The notes beneath the pieces are model-generated. The model did not search any database, was not told the DNA's origin, and saw only the letters and a list, made by a program, of their open reading frames with translations. Positions 19,043-28,250 of a DNA stretch of 49,216 nucleotides are shown here, one piece after another; the stretch's first letter is position 1; each line of letters starts with the position of its first letter. Location: assembly GCA_017418445.1 (NCBI GenBank), contig JAFONM010000046.1:1-49216 (forward strand). Direction: 5' to 3'. The position numbers and the translations under genes were made by a program. Origin of the DNA: Kiritimatiellia bacterium (lineage in GTDB: Bacteria > Verrucomicrobiota > Kiritimatiellia > RFP12 > UBA1067).

Positions 19043-20323
19043 ATGATCGACATCAAGAAGCTCAGGGATGATTTTGACGCAACGGCCGCGGCGCTTGCCA
19101 GGCGCGGAGTGGAGAAGGAGCGCCTCGAAAAGGCGCGCGACCTCGACGCGAAGAGGCGCTCGCTCGTCGCCGAGACGGAGACGCTGAAGGCCAGGCGCAA
19201 TGCGGCGTCCAGGGAGATCGGCAGGATCGCGAAGGAGGGCGGGGACATCGCGGCGTCCAAGGCCGAGATGCGCGCCGTCGGCGACCGCATCGCCGAAATC
19301 GACAGGGAACTCGCGACGGTGGAGCGCGATCTCCGCGAGACGCTCCTCATGATCCCGAACATCCCGGCGCCGGAGATTCCGACGGGGCTCGACAGCTCGA
19401 CGAACGTCGTCGTCCGCAAGGTCGGCGAGTGGAAGGATCCGGACTTCAAGGTCCTCGACCACATCACCGTCGGCGAGAAGCTCGGCATCTTCGACTTCCC
19501 GCGCGGAGTGAAGCTCACGGGCACCGGCTTCCCGATCATCCTCGGGCAGGGCGCGAAGCTGCAGCGCGCGCTCATCCAGTACATGCTGGACCTCCACTGC
19601 CGGAAGCAGGGCTACACCGAAATGCTTCCGCCGTTCGTGGTGAACAGCGACTCGATGACGGGCACGGGCCAGCTCCCCAAGTTCGCCGAGGACCTCTACC
19701 ACTGCGAGATGGACGACTTCTGGCTGATTCCGACGGCAGAGGTTCCGGTCACGAACTACTACCGCGATGACATCCTCGACGGCAGGCAGCTCCCGATCAA
19801 GCTCACCGCCTACACGCCGTGCTTCCGCCGCGAGGCGGGGTCCGCCGGCAAGATGACCCGCGGCATGCTGCGCGTCCACCAGTTCGACAAGGTCGAGATG
19901 GTGAACTTCGTCCATCCCGACACCTCCTTCCGGCAGCTCGAGATACTCGTCAAGGAGGCGGAGGAGGTCCTTACCGGGCTAGGCCTCCACTTCCGCGTGC
20001 TGATGCTCAGCTCCGGCGACATGGGCTTCTCCGCCGCCAAGTGCTACGACCTGGAACTCTGGGCTCCGGGCGAGGGGCAGTGGCTCGAGGTCTCGTCCTG
20101 CAGCTGCTTCACGGACTATCAGGCGCGCCGTCTCAACTGCCGCTTCCGCGACGCCGACGGCAAGACGAAGCTCGTCCACACGCTCAACGGCTCCGGAGTC
20201 GCCCTGCCGCGCCTCATGGTGGCCTTCCTCGAGCAGCACCAGAACGCCGACGGATCGGTCACGATTCCCGAGGTCCTCCGTCCCTACATGGGCGGGATCG
20301 AAAAGCTCGAGCCCGTCAAGTGA
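19043..20323 (+). CDS. serS: serine--tRNA ligase
   Basis: N-terminal coiled-coil arm; TAEVPVTN, FRREAGS and NGSGVALPR motifs. Confidence 0.95.
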   Translation: MIDIKKLRDDFDATAAALARRGVEKERLEKARDLDAKRRSLVAETETLKARRNAASREIGRIAKEGGDIAASKAEMRAVGDRIAEIDRELATVERDLRETLLMIPNIPAPEIPTGLDSSTNVVVRKVGEWKDPDFKVLDHITVGEKLGIFDFPRGVKLTGTGFPIILGQGAKLQRALIQYMLDLHCRKQGYTEMLPPFVVNSDSMTGTGQLPKFAEDLYHCEMDDFWLIPTAEVPVTNYYRDDILDGRQLPIKLTAYTPCFRREAGSAGKMTRGMLRVHQFDKVEMVNFVHPDTSFRQLEILVKEAEEVLTGLGLHFRVLMLSSGDMGFSAAKCYDLELWAPGEGQWLEVSSCSCFTDYQARRLNCRFRDADGKTKLVHTLNGSGVALPRLMVAFLEQHQNADGSVTIPEVLRPYMGGIEKLEPVK

Positions 20324-22350
20324 TGCTCCGCACCGTGCTCCCAGCGCTCGTTGCCTGCGCCGCGCTTTCGCTCGGCGCGGCCGAGGCGAAGCGGGATGCG
20401 GCGGTCGTCGAGAAGTACATCAGGTCCTGCGTCGGCGAGGCGGGACTCAGGGAAATCGCGGCCAGGGAGGGGGGCGGGGACTTCCTCAGGAGGTTTTTCT
20501 CCGACAGGGACTGGATGGAGCAGTTCGCCGGGTCGGGGCCGTGGAGCCGCAATCCGTACAAGGGCGTGAACGAGTGCAGCGAGCTGGCGTCGAAGGCCCT
20601 CTCGGCGCTGGACCTCCTCGTCTGGAACGACAGAAACGACTTCATCGGGACGCGCCTCGGGCGCAACATCGCGACGGCGCTCGCCCTGTCGCACGGTCAC
20701 GACTTCCATCCCGAGAAGCTCGTGGGAATCATGGAGCTCTACCGCGAGTGGGCGCAGGACGGGACGCTTCTCGGAATCTCCCGCAGCTACGACGTCCGCG
20801 AATGGCGCGAGGTGCTGGGCTTCGGCCAGAACGCCGAGCTGGACGTCGCTTCCCTCGACTGGATCCACGACTTCGCGTACCTTCCGCCCGAGCGGTACGG
20901 CGGACTTTGCTGGGCCTGCCACTACCGTACGTTCAACTGCTTCGGCTTCACCGTTCACGGCCCTGACTACTACATGCCCTGGCGCCACCGGATGAACACG
21001 CAGGAGCTCCGCTACCGCGTGGGAGGGGTGTGCGGCGCGCTCTCGAAGTTCGGCTCGCACGGGGCCGAAGCGCACGGTCTCAGGTCGTTTACGGCGGGTC
21101 AGCCCGGACACTGTGCGTACCTGGTGCGCAATCCCGGGGAGAACGCCTGGCAGGTCGCGTACAGCGTAACCGGGCACACCAGTCCGCACGACTCGCTCGG
21201 CGGCTTCGGGATCACCGCCATCGAGGAGCAGGACCGCTACTATTCGAATCCGAACCGCATGGCGGCCGAATACCTCCGCTGGCAGGGCAGGTGGGAGGAG
21301 TCGATGCGGAAATGTCCCGGCAACTGGTGCGCCGCTGTCGCGTGGTTCAGCGCGCTCCGCGAACGTTCCGCCCCGAAAGAGGAGTTCGACAGGTGGGCGA
21401 AGGCCGTGCTGGACACGTTCTCGGATTCTCCGGCGCAGGGCTGGCAGCTCTATCTCGAGTACATGAAGCGCCTGACGGCGAGGGACGCGAAGCTCGCCGC
21501 GGCGAAGCTCGCGCTCGCCGCGATGAAGGAGAGCAGGGCGAAGACCGCCGAGACGCCGAATTGGGAGGACATCGCCCTAAGGCCGCTCGGCGACATGTTC
21601 AAGGGCGACGAGGAGGCTCTTTGGGGTGTCTTCGAGGCGGCTCTCGACGGACAGGCGGGCACGCCGACGTTCTTCCGCCAGACTGTGGCGTGGGGCGCGG
21701 ACCGCCTGATGGGCACGGGAGAACCGGCCAGGAGGTTCCTGTCCATCGTATCCAGGTGCGCCGAGAAGTACCATGCGGGACTCGACTACAACGCGATGGT
21801 CCTCAAGGCGTCCCAAGGAGGAGATGTCGCCATGTTCCGCCAGGTCTGCTCGCTCATGCGCAGGCTGGCTCCGGGAGACTTCCCCCGCAAGGTCGGCGAA
21901 GGCTGGCCGAAGAAGGCGTATGGCGGAGAACTGCTGTCGGCGGAGGGGATGCTCAGGACGTCATCGACGTGCGGATGGGACCGGCCGTCCAACTACATGA
22001 CGGCGCTGGTGGCCGACGATTTCGGAAACGTAAACTCGTTCCATACCGACAGCGAGGACGCGCCGTGGGGAATGGTCGTGCTGCCGGGGCCGTGTTCCGT
22101 CACGGGCATAGTCGTCGCCAACACGCCCGGGCAGAACTCCGGACGTCAGCCGCCGATCACGATATGGACGAGCGAGGACGGGACGGACTTCAGGGAGGTG
22201 TATTCCTCCGACAGGAACGAGCTCGAATGGAAGTGCCAGCCGGCCCGGCCAGTCAAGGCGAAATACATAAAGGTCGGACGTACGCCCGGCGTCATGAAGA
22301 ACTTCTTCCACCTAAGAAAGATCCTCGTCTATGGCAAGAAGCTCTACTGA
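20323..22350 (+). CDS. secreted hypothetical protein with a possible transglutaminase-like Cys-His core and a C-terminal discoidin (F5/8 type C)-like domain
   Basis: Signal peptide MLRTVLPALVACAALSLGAAEA. GGVCGALSKF...GQPGHCAY resembles a papain/transglutaminase-like Cys/His pair. The last ~150 aa resemble a discoidin beta-sandwich. TGATG overlap with serS. Confidence 0.65.
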   Translation: MLRTVLPALVACAALSLGAAEAKRDAAVVEKYIRSCVGEAGLREIAAREGGGDFLRRFFSDRDWMEQFAGSGPWSRNPYKGVNECSELASKALSALDLLVWNDRNDFIGTRLGRNIATALALSHGHDFHPEKLVGIMELYREWAQDGTLLGISRSYDVREWREVLGFGQNAELDVASLDWIHDFAYLPPERYGGLCWACHYRTFNCFGFTVHGPDYYMPWRHRMNTQELRYRVGGVCGALSKFGSHGAEAHGLRSFTAGQPGHCAYLVRNPGENAWQVAYSVTGHTSPHDSLGGFGITAIEEQDRYYSNPNRMAAEYLRWQGRWEESMRKCPGNWCAAVAWFSALRERSAPKEEFDRWAKAVLDTFSDSPAQGWQLYLEYMKRLTARDAKLAAAKLALAAMKESRAKTAETPNWEDIALRPLGDMFKGDEEALWGVFEAALDGQAGTPTFFRQTVAWGADRLMGTGEPARRFLSIVSRCAEKYHAGLDYNAMVLKASQGGDVAMFRQVCSLMRRLAPGDFPRKVGEGWPKKAYGGELLSAEGMLRTSSTCGWDRPSNYMTALVADDFGNVNSFHTDSEDAPWGMVVLPGPCSVTGIVVANTPGQNSGRQPPITIWTSEDGTDFREVYSSDRNELEWKCQPARPVKAKYIKVGRTPGVMKNFFHLRKILVYGKKLY

Positions 22351-23323
22351 TTTCAAGGCGGTGATCCTCGCCGGCGGATCCGGCGAGCGGTTCTGGCCCC
22401 TCTCCACCAGCGAGCGCCCGAAGCAGTTCCTGCGCGTGTTCGGCGGCGAGAGTCTCATCCGCCAGAGCGTAACGAGGCTTCTCGGACTCGTCGGCTTCGA
22501 CGACGTCTACGTCGTCACTTCGCGCGATCTCGTCGCGGCGACGCGGCGCGAGCTGTCCGAGATTCCTCCCGAGAACATCATCGGAGAGCCCATGCGCCGC
22601 GACACGGGGGCCGCGGTTGCGCTCGGAGTCGGCGCCGCGGGGAGGACGCAGAAGACCGTGGTCGGCTTCTTCCCGTCGGACCAGATGGTCACGGACGCGA
22701 AGGAATTCCGCAGGGTCGTCGGCAGGGCCGTTGATCTCGCCGCGAAGGGGAGGAGGATCGCCACGATCGGAATCAGGCCCACTTTCCCGGCGACCGGCTT
22801 CGGCTACGTGGACCCGAAGTCCGGCAGATTCGTCGAGAAGCCGGACCGCAGGACCGCCTCTTCGTACCTGAAGAAGGGCTATCTCTGGAACGCCGGAATG
22901 TTCATCGCGTCCGCCGCGACGTTCCGCGCCGCGTTCCTCGCCCACGCACCGCACCTCATTCCGCTCGCGGAGGGTTCCGCATCCGCCCGTTCGCGCGATG
23001 CATACGAGAGGCTGCCCAGGATATCGTTCGACTTCGCGATCATGGAGAAGCTCGGCGGCGTAGACGTCGTTCCCGGGGACTTCGGGTGGGACGACGTCGG
23101 ATCCTTCGCCGCGTTCGACACGTACTTCCCGCACGATTCGCGCGGCAATGTCCGCGAGGGGCCCTGCACCGTCGTGGAGTCGGATTCCAACATATGCGTC
23201 GCACGTTCCGCGCGCATTTCGCTTCTCGGCGTAAAGAACCTCGTCGTCGTGACCACGCCGGACGCGGTTCTCGTCGCCGACAAGTCGAGGATTTCGGAGA
23301 TGAAGAAGCTCTTCCGCAGGTGA
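22331..23323 (+). CDS. mannose-1-phosphate guanylyltransferase (nucleotidyltransferase domain only)
   Basis: KAVILAGGSGERFWPLS and FGYV motifs; 330 aa. Confidence 0.88.
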   Translation: MARSSTDFKAVILAGGSGERFWPLSTSERPKQFLRVFGGESLIRQSVTRLLGLVGFDDVYVVTSRDLVAATRRELSEIPPENIIGEPMRRDTGAAVALGVGAAGRTQKTVVGFFPSDQMVTDAKEFRRVVGRAVDLAAKGRRIATIGIRPTFPATGFGYVDPKSGRFVEKPDRRTASSYLKKGYLWNAGMFIASAATFRAAFLAHAPHLIPLAEGSASARSRDAYERLPRISFDFAIMEKLGGVDVVPGDFGWDDVGSFAAFDTYFPHDSRGNVREGPCTVVESDSNICVARSARISLLGVKNLVVVTTPDAVLVADKSRISEMKKLFRR

Positions 23324-24096
23324 TGGTCCCGAAGAAGCGCAAATACAAGGTCGTCATCGCGTACGACGGCACCGACTACTCCGGATGGCAGTATCAGGAC
23401 AACGCGACCGGAATCCAGCAGGTGGTGGAGGACGTCCTCGCCTATCTCGAGGGCGCGCCCGTCCGCGCGTTCGGCAGTTCGCGCACGGACGCCGGCGTGC
23501 ACGCCGACGGTTTCGTCGCCCACTTCCACCTGACGAAGCCCATCCCTCCGAAGAACCTGGTCCGCGCGATGAATTCACGCCTGCCGGAGTCCGTGAGGAT
23601 ACTCAAGGCCGCGTACGCGAAGGAGGACTTCGACGCGAGGCTTTCCGCGACGGGCAAGGAATACCGCTACCAGCTCTACCAGGCGGACATCATGCCGCCG
23701 AAGCTCGTCCCGTTCTGGACCTTCTGCCACAGGCCCCTCGACCTCGAGGCCATGCGCGACGCGGCGATGCGCTTCGTCGGCAGGCATGACTTCGTGTCGT
23801 TCGCCGCCAACCCGAACCGCGAGCTCGAGTCTACCGTAAGGAACATCTTCTCGTTCGAGGTGAGGAAGTCCGGTCCGCGGTACGTCTTCATCGTCCGCGG
23901 CGACGGATTCCTCTACAAGCAGGTCCGCTCCATGGTGGGTTTTCTCGTGTCCGTCGGGAAGGGCAACGAGCGTCCCGAGGCCGTCACCGAGCTTCTCGAG
24001 GCGAAGGCTCCCAGGACCGCCCGCGTCGAAACCGCGGCGGCGCGCGGACTCAGTCTCCACAAGGTCTTCTACCGTCCCATCGGCAATTTGGTATAA
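23323..24096 (+). CDS. truA: tRNA pseudouridine(38-40) synthase
   Basis: YDGTDYSGWQ and SSRTDAGVHA (catalytic Asp). TGATG overlap with the upstream stop. Confidence 0.92.
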   Translation: MVPKKRKYKVVIAYDGTDYSGWQYQDNATGIQQVVEDVLAYLEGAPVRAFGSSRTDAGVHADGFVAHFHLTKPIPPKNLVRAMNSRLPESVRILKAAYAKEDFDARLSATGKEYRYQLYQADIMPPKLVPFWTFCHRPLDLEAMRDAAMRFVGRHDFVSFAANPNRELESTVRNIFSFEVRKSGPRYVFIVRGDGFLYKQVRSMVGFLVSVGKGNERPEAVTELLEAKAPRTARVETAAARGLSLHKVFYRPIGNLV

Positions 24097-24097
24097 T
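24089..24097 (+). promoter_or_regulatory. extended -10 box TGGTATAAT (leaderless geometry) for the MraY-like gene
   Basis: The TATAAT at 24092-24097 contains the truA TAA stop (24094-24096) and ends 6 nt before ATG 24104. Confidence 0.5.
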
Positions 24098-24103
24098 ACA
24101 CCC

Positions 24104-25192
24104 ATGCTTTACTGTCTTTCCGAGCTTCTGACCCCGTACTGGGGGCCGTTCCGCCTGTTCCAGTCCCACGCGCTCCTTCTCGCCGGCGGCGCCTTTACCG
24201 CGGCGTTTCTCGCGCTCTTCCTGCTGCCGAAGCTGTGGACTTTTCTTCCGCACGACCATGGCAAGGCCATACTCGGCAGGGACGGGATGAAGTCGGCCGG
24301 CAAGCCGACCGGCGCGGGATTCCTGGTGACGCTAATCTGCCTCCCGGCACTGATCCTCTTCGCACCGCTCAAGTTCTGGGACGTCATGGTCGTGGCTGCG
24401 CTCTACTTCGCGATGCTGTTCGGCTATCTCGACGACAGGTCGCAGGTTCCGTGGGGCGAACTCAGGAAGGGCCTTCTCGACGCCGTCGTGTCGATCGCCA
24501 TCGCGATGTTCATCTTCTTCGGGCACGCCGAAAACGGGCACATGATCGTCTGGCTTCCGTTCGTGAAGGGACTCTACCTGGCGCCCTGGTGGATATACGT
24601 GCCGGTGGCCTCGTTCGTGCTGTGGTTTACGATGAACGCGACCAACTGCTCGGACGGCGTGGACGGCCTCGCGGGCACCCTGACCACGATAACGCTCGTG
24701 ATGCTTGCAGTGATACTCTACATCGTCGTGGGCTACCGACCCGTGGCGCACTACTTCCTCCTGCCGGTCTACTCGGAGTCCGCACGATGGGCGATCGTCG
24801 TCATGACGGTCGCCGGCGGGTTCGGCGGATACCTCTGGTACAACGCGGAACCGTCGAAGATACTGATGGGCGACGCCGGCAGCCGGTTCCTGGGGATCCT
24901 CGTAGCGACGGCGTCGCTGATGACCGGCAATCCGTTCCTCGTCGTCGCCATAGCGCCGGTAGTCCTTGTCAACGGCGGCGGCGGACTCGGAAAGCTCGTC
25001 CTCCTCAGGTTCGCGAAGAAGGCCGGATTCGACATCGGAGAGGACAACGTCATACGAAAGATCCGCTTCCCGCTCCACGACCACTGCAAGAAGAACCTCG
25101 GCTGGTCCAACGCGCAGGTGCTGATGCGCTTCGTCCTCCTGCAGCTGATCGTCATGCCGATTCTCCTGATACTCCTCGTAAAGATTCGCTAA
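24104..25192 (+). CDS. MraY-family (glycosyltransferase family 4) polyprenyl-phosphate sugar-phosphate transferase, divergent
   Basis: NATNCSDGVDGLAG (compare NxxNxxDGxDGL), an MraY-like N-terminus and about 10 TM segments; 362 aa. Carries FPLHDH where MraY has the HHH motif and KPTGAG where MraY has PTMGG. Confidence 0.75.
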   Translation: MLYCLSELLTPYWGPFRLFQSHALLLAGGAFTAAFLALFLLPKLWTFLPHDHGKAILGRDGMKSAGKPTGAGFLVTLICLPALILFAPLKFWDVMVVAALYFAMLFGYLDDRSQVPWGELRKGLLDAVVSIAIAMFIFFGHAENGHMIVWLPFVKGLYLAPWWIYVPVASFVLWFTMNATNCSDGVDGLAGTLTTITLVMLAVILYIVVGYRPVAHYFLLPVYSESARWAIVVMTVAGGFGGYLWYNAEPSKILMGDAGSRFLGILVATASLMTGNPFLVVAIAPVVLVNGGGGLGKLVLLRFAKKAGFDIGEDNVIRKIRFPLHDHCKKNLGWSNAQVLMRFVLLQLIVMPILLILLVKIR

Positions 25193-26176
25193 ATGCTGTT
25201 CTTCGCATCCATTCTGGCCGCGGCAGTCGCGACGAACGCCGCGCCCGCGGCGTCCGAGGCGCCCGCCCGGCAGCTTACGCGCGAGGAGATCATCGCACGC
25301 TTCAAGGCTCCGCCGACGACAAGGGTTTCGGGGCTTGTCCAGGTCATCGCCGACTGTCCCGCCGACATGCGCCGGGAGTACCAGGGGCCGATCGCGCGCT
25401 TCGCCGCCGACATCTGCAACGACCTGTACCGCCACAGGCGGGTGCAGCCCGTCCTCTTCAAGGAGCCGGGTCTCATAATACACATTGGAGACGTCAGGAC
25501 GAACGAGGCGGCCGTGGCGGCCGTTCCCTCGAAGCGCGACGACGGGACGTTCGTGACGCGCATCTACATTCCTGCGCCGGGCTTTGCGGATCTTCACAGA
25601 CTGGGACTTGACGTCGTGCGCGCGTTTTCGAGGGCCGTCGACAGGAAGGAGATTTCAGACGACGATGCGCTTGCTCTCTTCCGCGCCGCCAATCCGGAAC
25701 TCAAGGCGGACTACGAATACGAGATGATCGACAAGTGGATCAGGGGCGAGAAGGTGGACCGGTCGGAGGAGGAGATGTTCAAGCTGATGCGGTCCGTGAT
25801 AACGCCCGGAATCGCACGCGAATCGGACGTCCTTCGCTTCGCCGCGAGGCTGCGGCTCTATCCCGAAAGCTACGACCGTCCGTTCTGCGAGAAATACCAT
25901 TGCATCGACTTCTCGGACGCCATCAGGCTCCGGGAAAGGGATCCGAGGATACGCCTCGTAGCCTACCTGAAGGCCCGGTCGATAGTCCTCTTCGGAGGCG
26001 GGAGGGGCGAGGCGCTCACCGCGGCCGCGGAGGCCTATTCGAAGTTTCTGCTGGAGCTCGCGGCGGACAGGCGGGAGGACGCGGACCTCCGCGCGCTCCT
26101 GGCCGATGCCGACGGAAAGCTGGAGGTCGCGCTCGAAGAGGCGAGAAAATACGATATCGAAAGGACGAAGCGATGA
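25193..26176 (+). CDS. hypothetical secreted protein
   Basis: N-terminal signal-like segment MLFFASILAAAVATNAAPAA. The ATG directly abuts the upstream TAA. No recognisable motif. Confidence 0.6.
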   Translation: MLFFASILAAAVATNAAPAASEAPARQLTREEIIARFKAPPTTRVSGLVQVIADCPADMRREYQGPIARFAADICNDLYRHRRVQPVLFKEPGLIIHIGDVRTNEAAVAAVPSKRDDGTFVTRIYIPAPGFADLHRLGLDVVRAFSRAVDRKEISDDDALALFRAANPELKADYEYEMIDKWIRGEKVDRSEEEMFKLMRSVITPGIARESDVLRFAARLRLYPESYDRPFCEKYHCIDFSDAIRLRERDPRIRLVAYLKARSIVLFGGGRGEALTAAAEAYSKFLLELAADRREDADLRALLADADGKLEVALEEARKYDIERTKR

Positions 26177-27534
26177 AGACGAAGAAGACGATTACCGACA
26201 ACACGGTCGACCCCGATGTGCTCAGGTACACTGTCGGGGACGATCCCGTGCTGGATCTCGCGCTCGCGAAGTGGGATTGCATCGGCACCGCGGCGCATGT
26301 CACGATGCTGTCGGAGATGAAGCTAGGGAGGCCGATAGCAACCAGGGCGGAGGCCGCGAGGGTCCGCAGGGAGCTCGCCAGGATCGTGAAGCTCTCGGAG
26401 TCCGGCAGGTTCGTGATCCGCGAGGACGACCAGGACGTCCACATGGCGGTGGAGCGGATTCTCACCGAGCGTCTTGGCGACCTGGGCAAGAAGATACACA
26501 CGGGACGCAGCCGCAACGACCAGGTGGCCGTCGACGTGCGGCTCCACATGAAGGACGAGATTCTGCGCACCGAGGCCGAGACCGTGGCTCTCGCCGCCGA
26601 GCTCGAGTCCTTCGGATTGAAGGCGGGAGCGGTTCCGCTCGTGGGACGCACCCATCTGCAGCCGGCGATGCCGTCCTCTGTCGAGATGTGGGCGACGGGT
26701 CATGCGGAAATGATTCTCGACCAGCTCGAAAACCTCGAGGCGGCCTACAGGCTTGCGGACCTGAATCCGCTCGGCAGCGCCGCCGGATACGGAGTGCCTC
26801 TTCCGCTCGACCGCAGGCGCACCACCGAGCTTCTCGGATTCTCGCGGACGATCCACAACTGCTTCGGCGCCTCGATGGCGCGCGGCGAATGCGAGGCGTC
26901 GCTTCTCTCCGCGCTTGCGCAGCTGATGGCGGTCCTCTCGCGCCTCGCCGAGGACCTGATCCTCTTCTCCATGCCGGAGTTCGCCTATTTCAGGCTTCCG
27001 CGCGAATACTGCACGGGCTCGTCCATCATGCCGCAGAAGTTCAATCCGGACGTCCTCGAGCTCGTACGGTCCAAGGCGGCGCAGACGCTCGGACTCCAGA
27101 CGGCGGCGATTTCGCTCCTCCATGCGATGCCCGGCGGATACAACCGCGACCTGCAGGACTGCAAGTGGCTGTACATGAAGGGGCTGGACCTGACGCGCAC
27201 CACGCTGCGCATACTTGCGAAGGTGGTGAAGGGCGTAAAGGTCGACGCGGACCGCTGCAGGGCGGCGTTCGCTCCGGGCGTGTTCGCGACGGACGTGGCG
27301 CTCCGGAAGGTCGCGGCGGGCATGCCCTGGCGGGACGCCTACCACGACGTCCGCGACCATCTCGAGCAGCTCGACGCCGAGGATCCGGACGCCGCCGTGA
27401 AGGCGAAGCGTCACGAGGGAACGTGCGGAGGAATCGACCATGCGCTCTATCGCCGCCGCATGGATGCCGCGCTCAGGTCCGTTTCAAGGAGGATGTCCGC
27501 AATGGAGTCGAGATGCCGGGCCTTGTTGAAGTAA
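26173..27534 (+). CDS. argH: argininosuccinate lyase
   Basis: GRSRNDQVA and the fumarate-lyase signature GSSIMPQKFNPD. ATGA overlap with the upstream stop. Confidence 0.93.
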   Translation: MKTKKTITDNTVDPDVLRYTVGDDPVLDLALAKWDCIGTAAHVTMLSEMKLGRPIATRAEAARVRRELARIVKLSESGRFVIREDDQDVHMAVERILTERLGDLGKKIHTGRSRNDQVAVDVRLHMKDEILRTEAETVALAAELESFGLKAGAVPLVGRTHLQPAMPSSVEMWATGHAEMILDQLENLEAAYRLADLNPLGSAAGYGVPLPLDRRRTTELLGFSRTIHNCFGASMARGECEASLLSALAQLMAVLSRLAEDLILFSMPEFAYFRLPREYCTGSSIMPQKFNPDVLELVRSKAAQTLGLQTAAISLLHAMPGGYNRDLQDCKWLYMKGLDLTRTTLRILAKVVKGVKVDADRCRAAFAPGVFATDVALRKVAAGMPWRDAYHDVRDHLEQLDAEDPDAAVKAKRHEGTCGGIDHALYRRRMDAALRSVSRRMSAMESRCRALLK

Positions 27535-28250
27535 GGGACCTGCACGTCAGGTACGGCGACTTCGAGGCCGTGAAGGGCGTGAGCTTCTCGCTCGCGAAGG
27601 GCGAGATACTCGGCATCGTCGGAGAGTCGGGAAGCGGAAAGTCGACCATCGCCCGCACGCTGACAGGGCTCCAGAAGAAATCCTCCGGCGACATCGCGAT
27701 AAGCGCGGGCTCGATCCAGATGGTGTTCCAGGACGCGGTGGGCTCGCTCAATCCCAGGATGACCGCGAGGCGGACTCTCAGGGAGGTCCTGTCCGTCGTC
27801 GGCGGTCGCGACGGCAGGCTCGCTCCGGAGTCGCTGCTGGACCTGGTGGGACTTTCGCCGGCGGTGCTCGACCAGTATCCGCGCGAGATGTCCGGCGGGC
27901 AGTGCCAGCGCGTCTCGATCGCGCGTGCGCTCGCTTGCCGCCCCGAGGTGCTCATAGCCGACGAACCCGTCTCCGCGCTTGACGTCTCGGTCCAGGCGCG
28001 CATACTCAACCTTCTCAGGGACCTCAGGAGGAAGCTCGGGCTTTCGATACTCCTCATCGCCCACGACCTCGCGGTCGTGAAGAACGTGTGCGACAGGATA
28101 GCCGTCATGGAGAAGGGCCGTTTCGTCGATTTCGGCCCCGCCGTCGAGGTGTTCACTTCGCCGAAGAGCGATTACACGAAAAGGCTTCTCGCCGCCGTTC
28201 CGGATGTTTCCCGCGCGCTCGGTGAACGCGGGCTTTCCCGGTCCCGGTGA
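27513..28250 (+). CDS. ABC transporter ATP-binding protein (DppF/OppF-like), no cognate permease in the window
   Basis: Walker A GESGSGKST, signature MSGGQCQR, Walker B LIADEPVSALD. Overlaps the argH 3' end by 22 nt. Confidence 0.88.
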   Translation: MPGLVEVRDLHVRYGDFEAVKGVSFSLAKGEILGIVGESGSGKSTIARTLTGLQKKSSGDIAISAGSIQMVFQDAVGSLNPRMTARRTLREVLSVVGGRDGRLAPESLLDLVGLSPAVLDQYPREMSGGQCQRVSIARALACRPEVLIADEPVSALDVSVQARILNLLRDLRRKLGLSILLIAHDLAVVKNVCDRIAVMEKGRFVDFGPAVEVFTSPKSDYTKRLLAAVPDVSRALGERGLSRSR

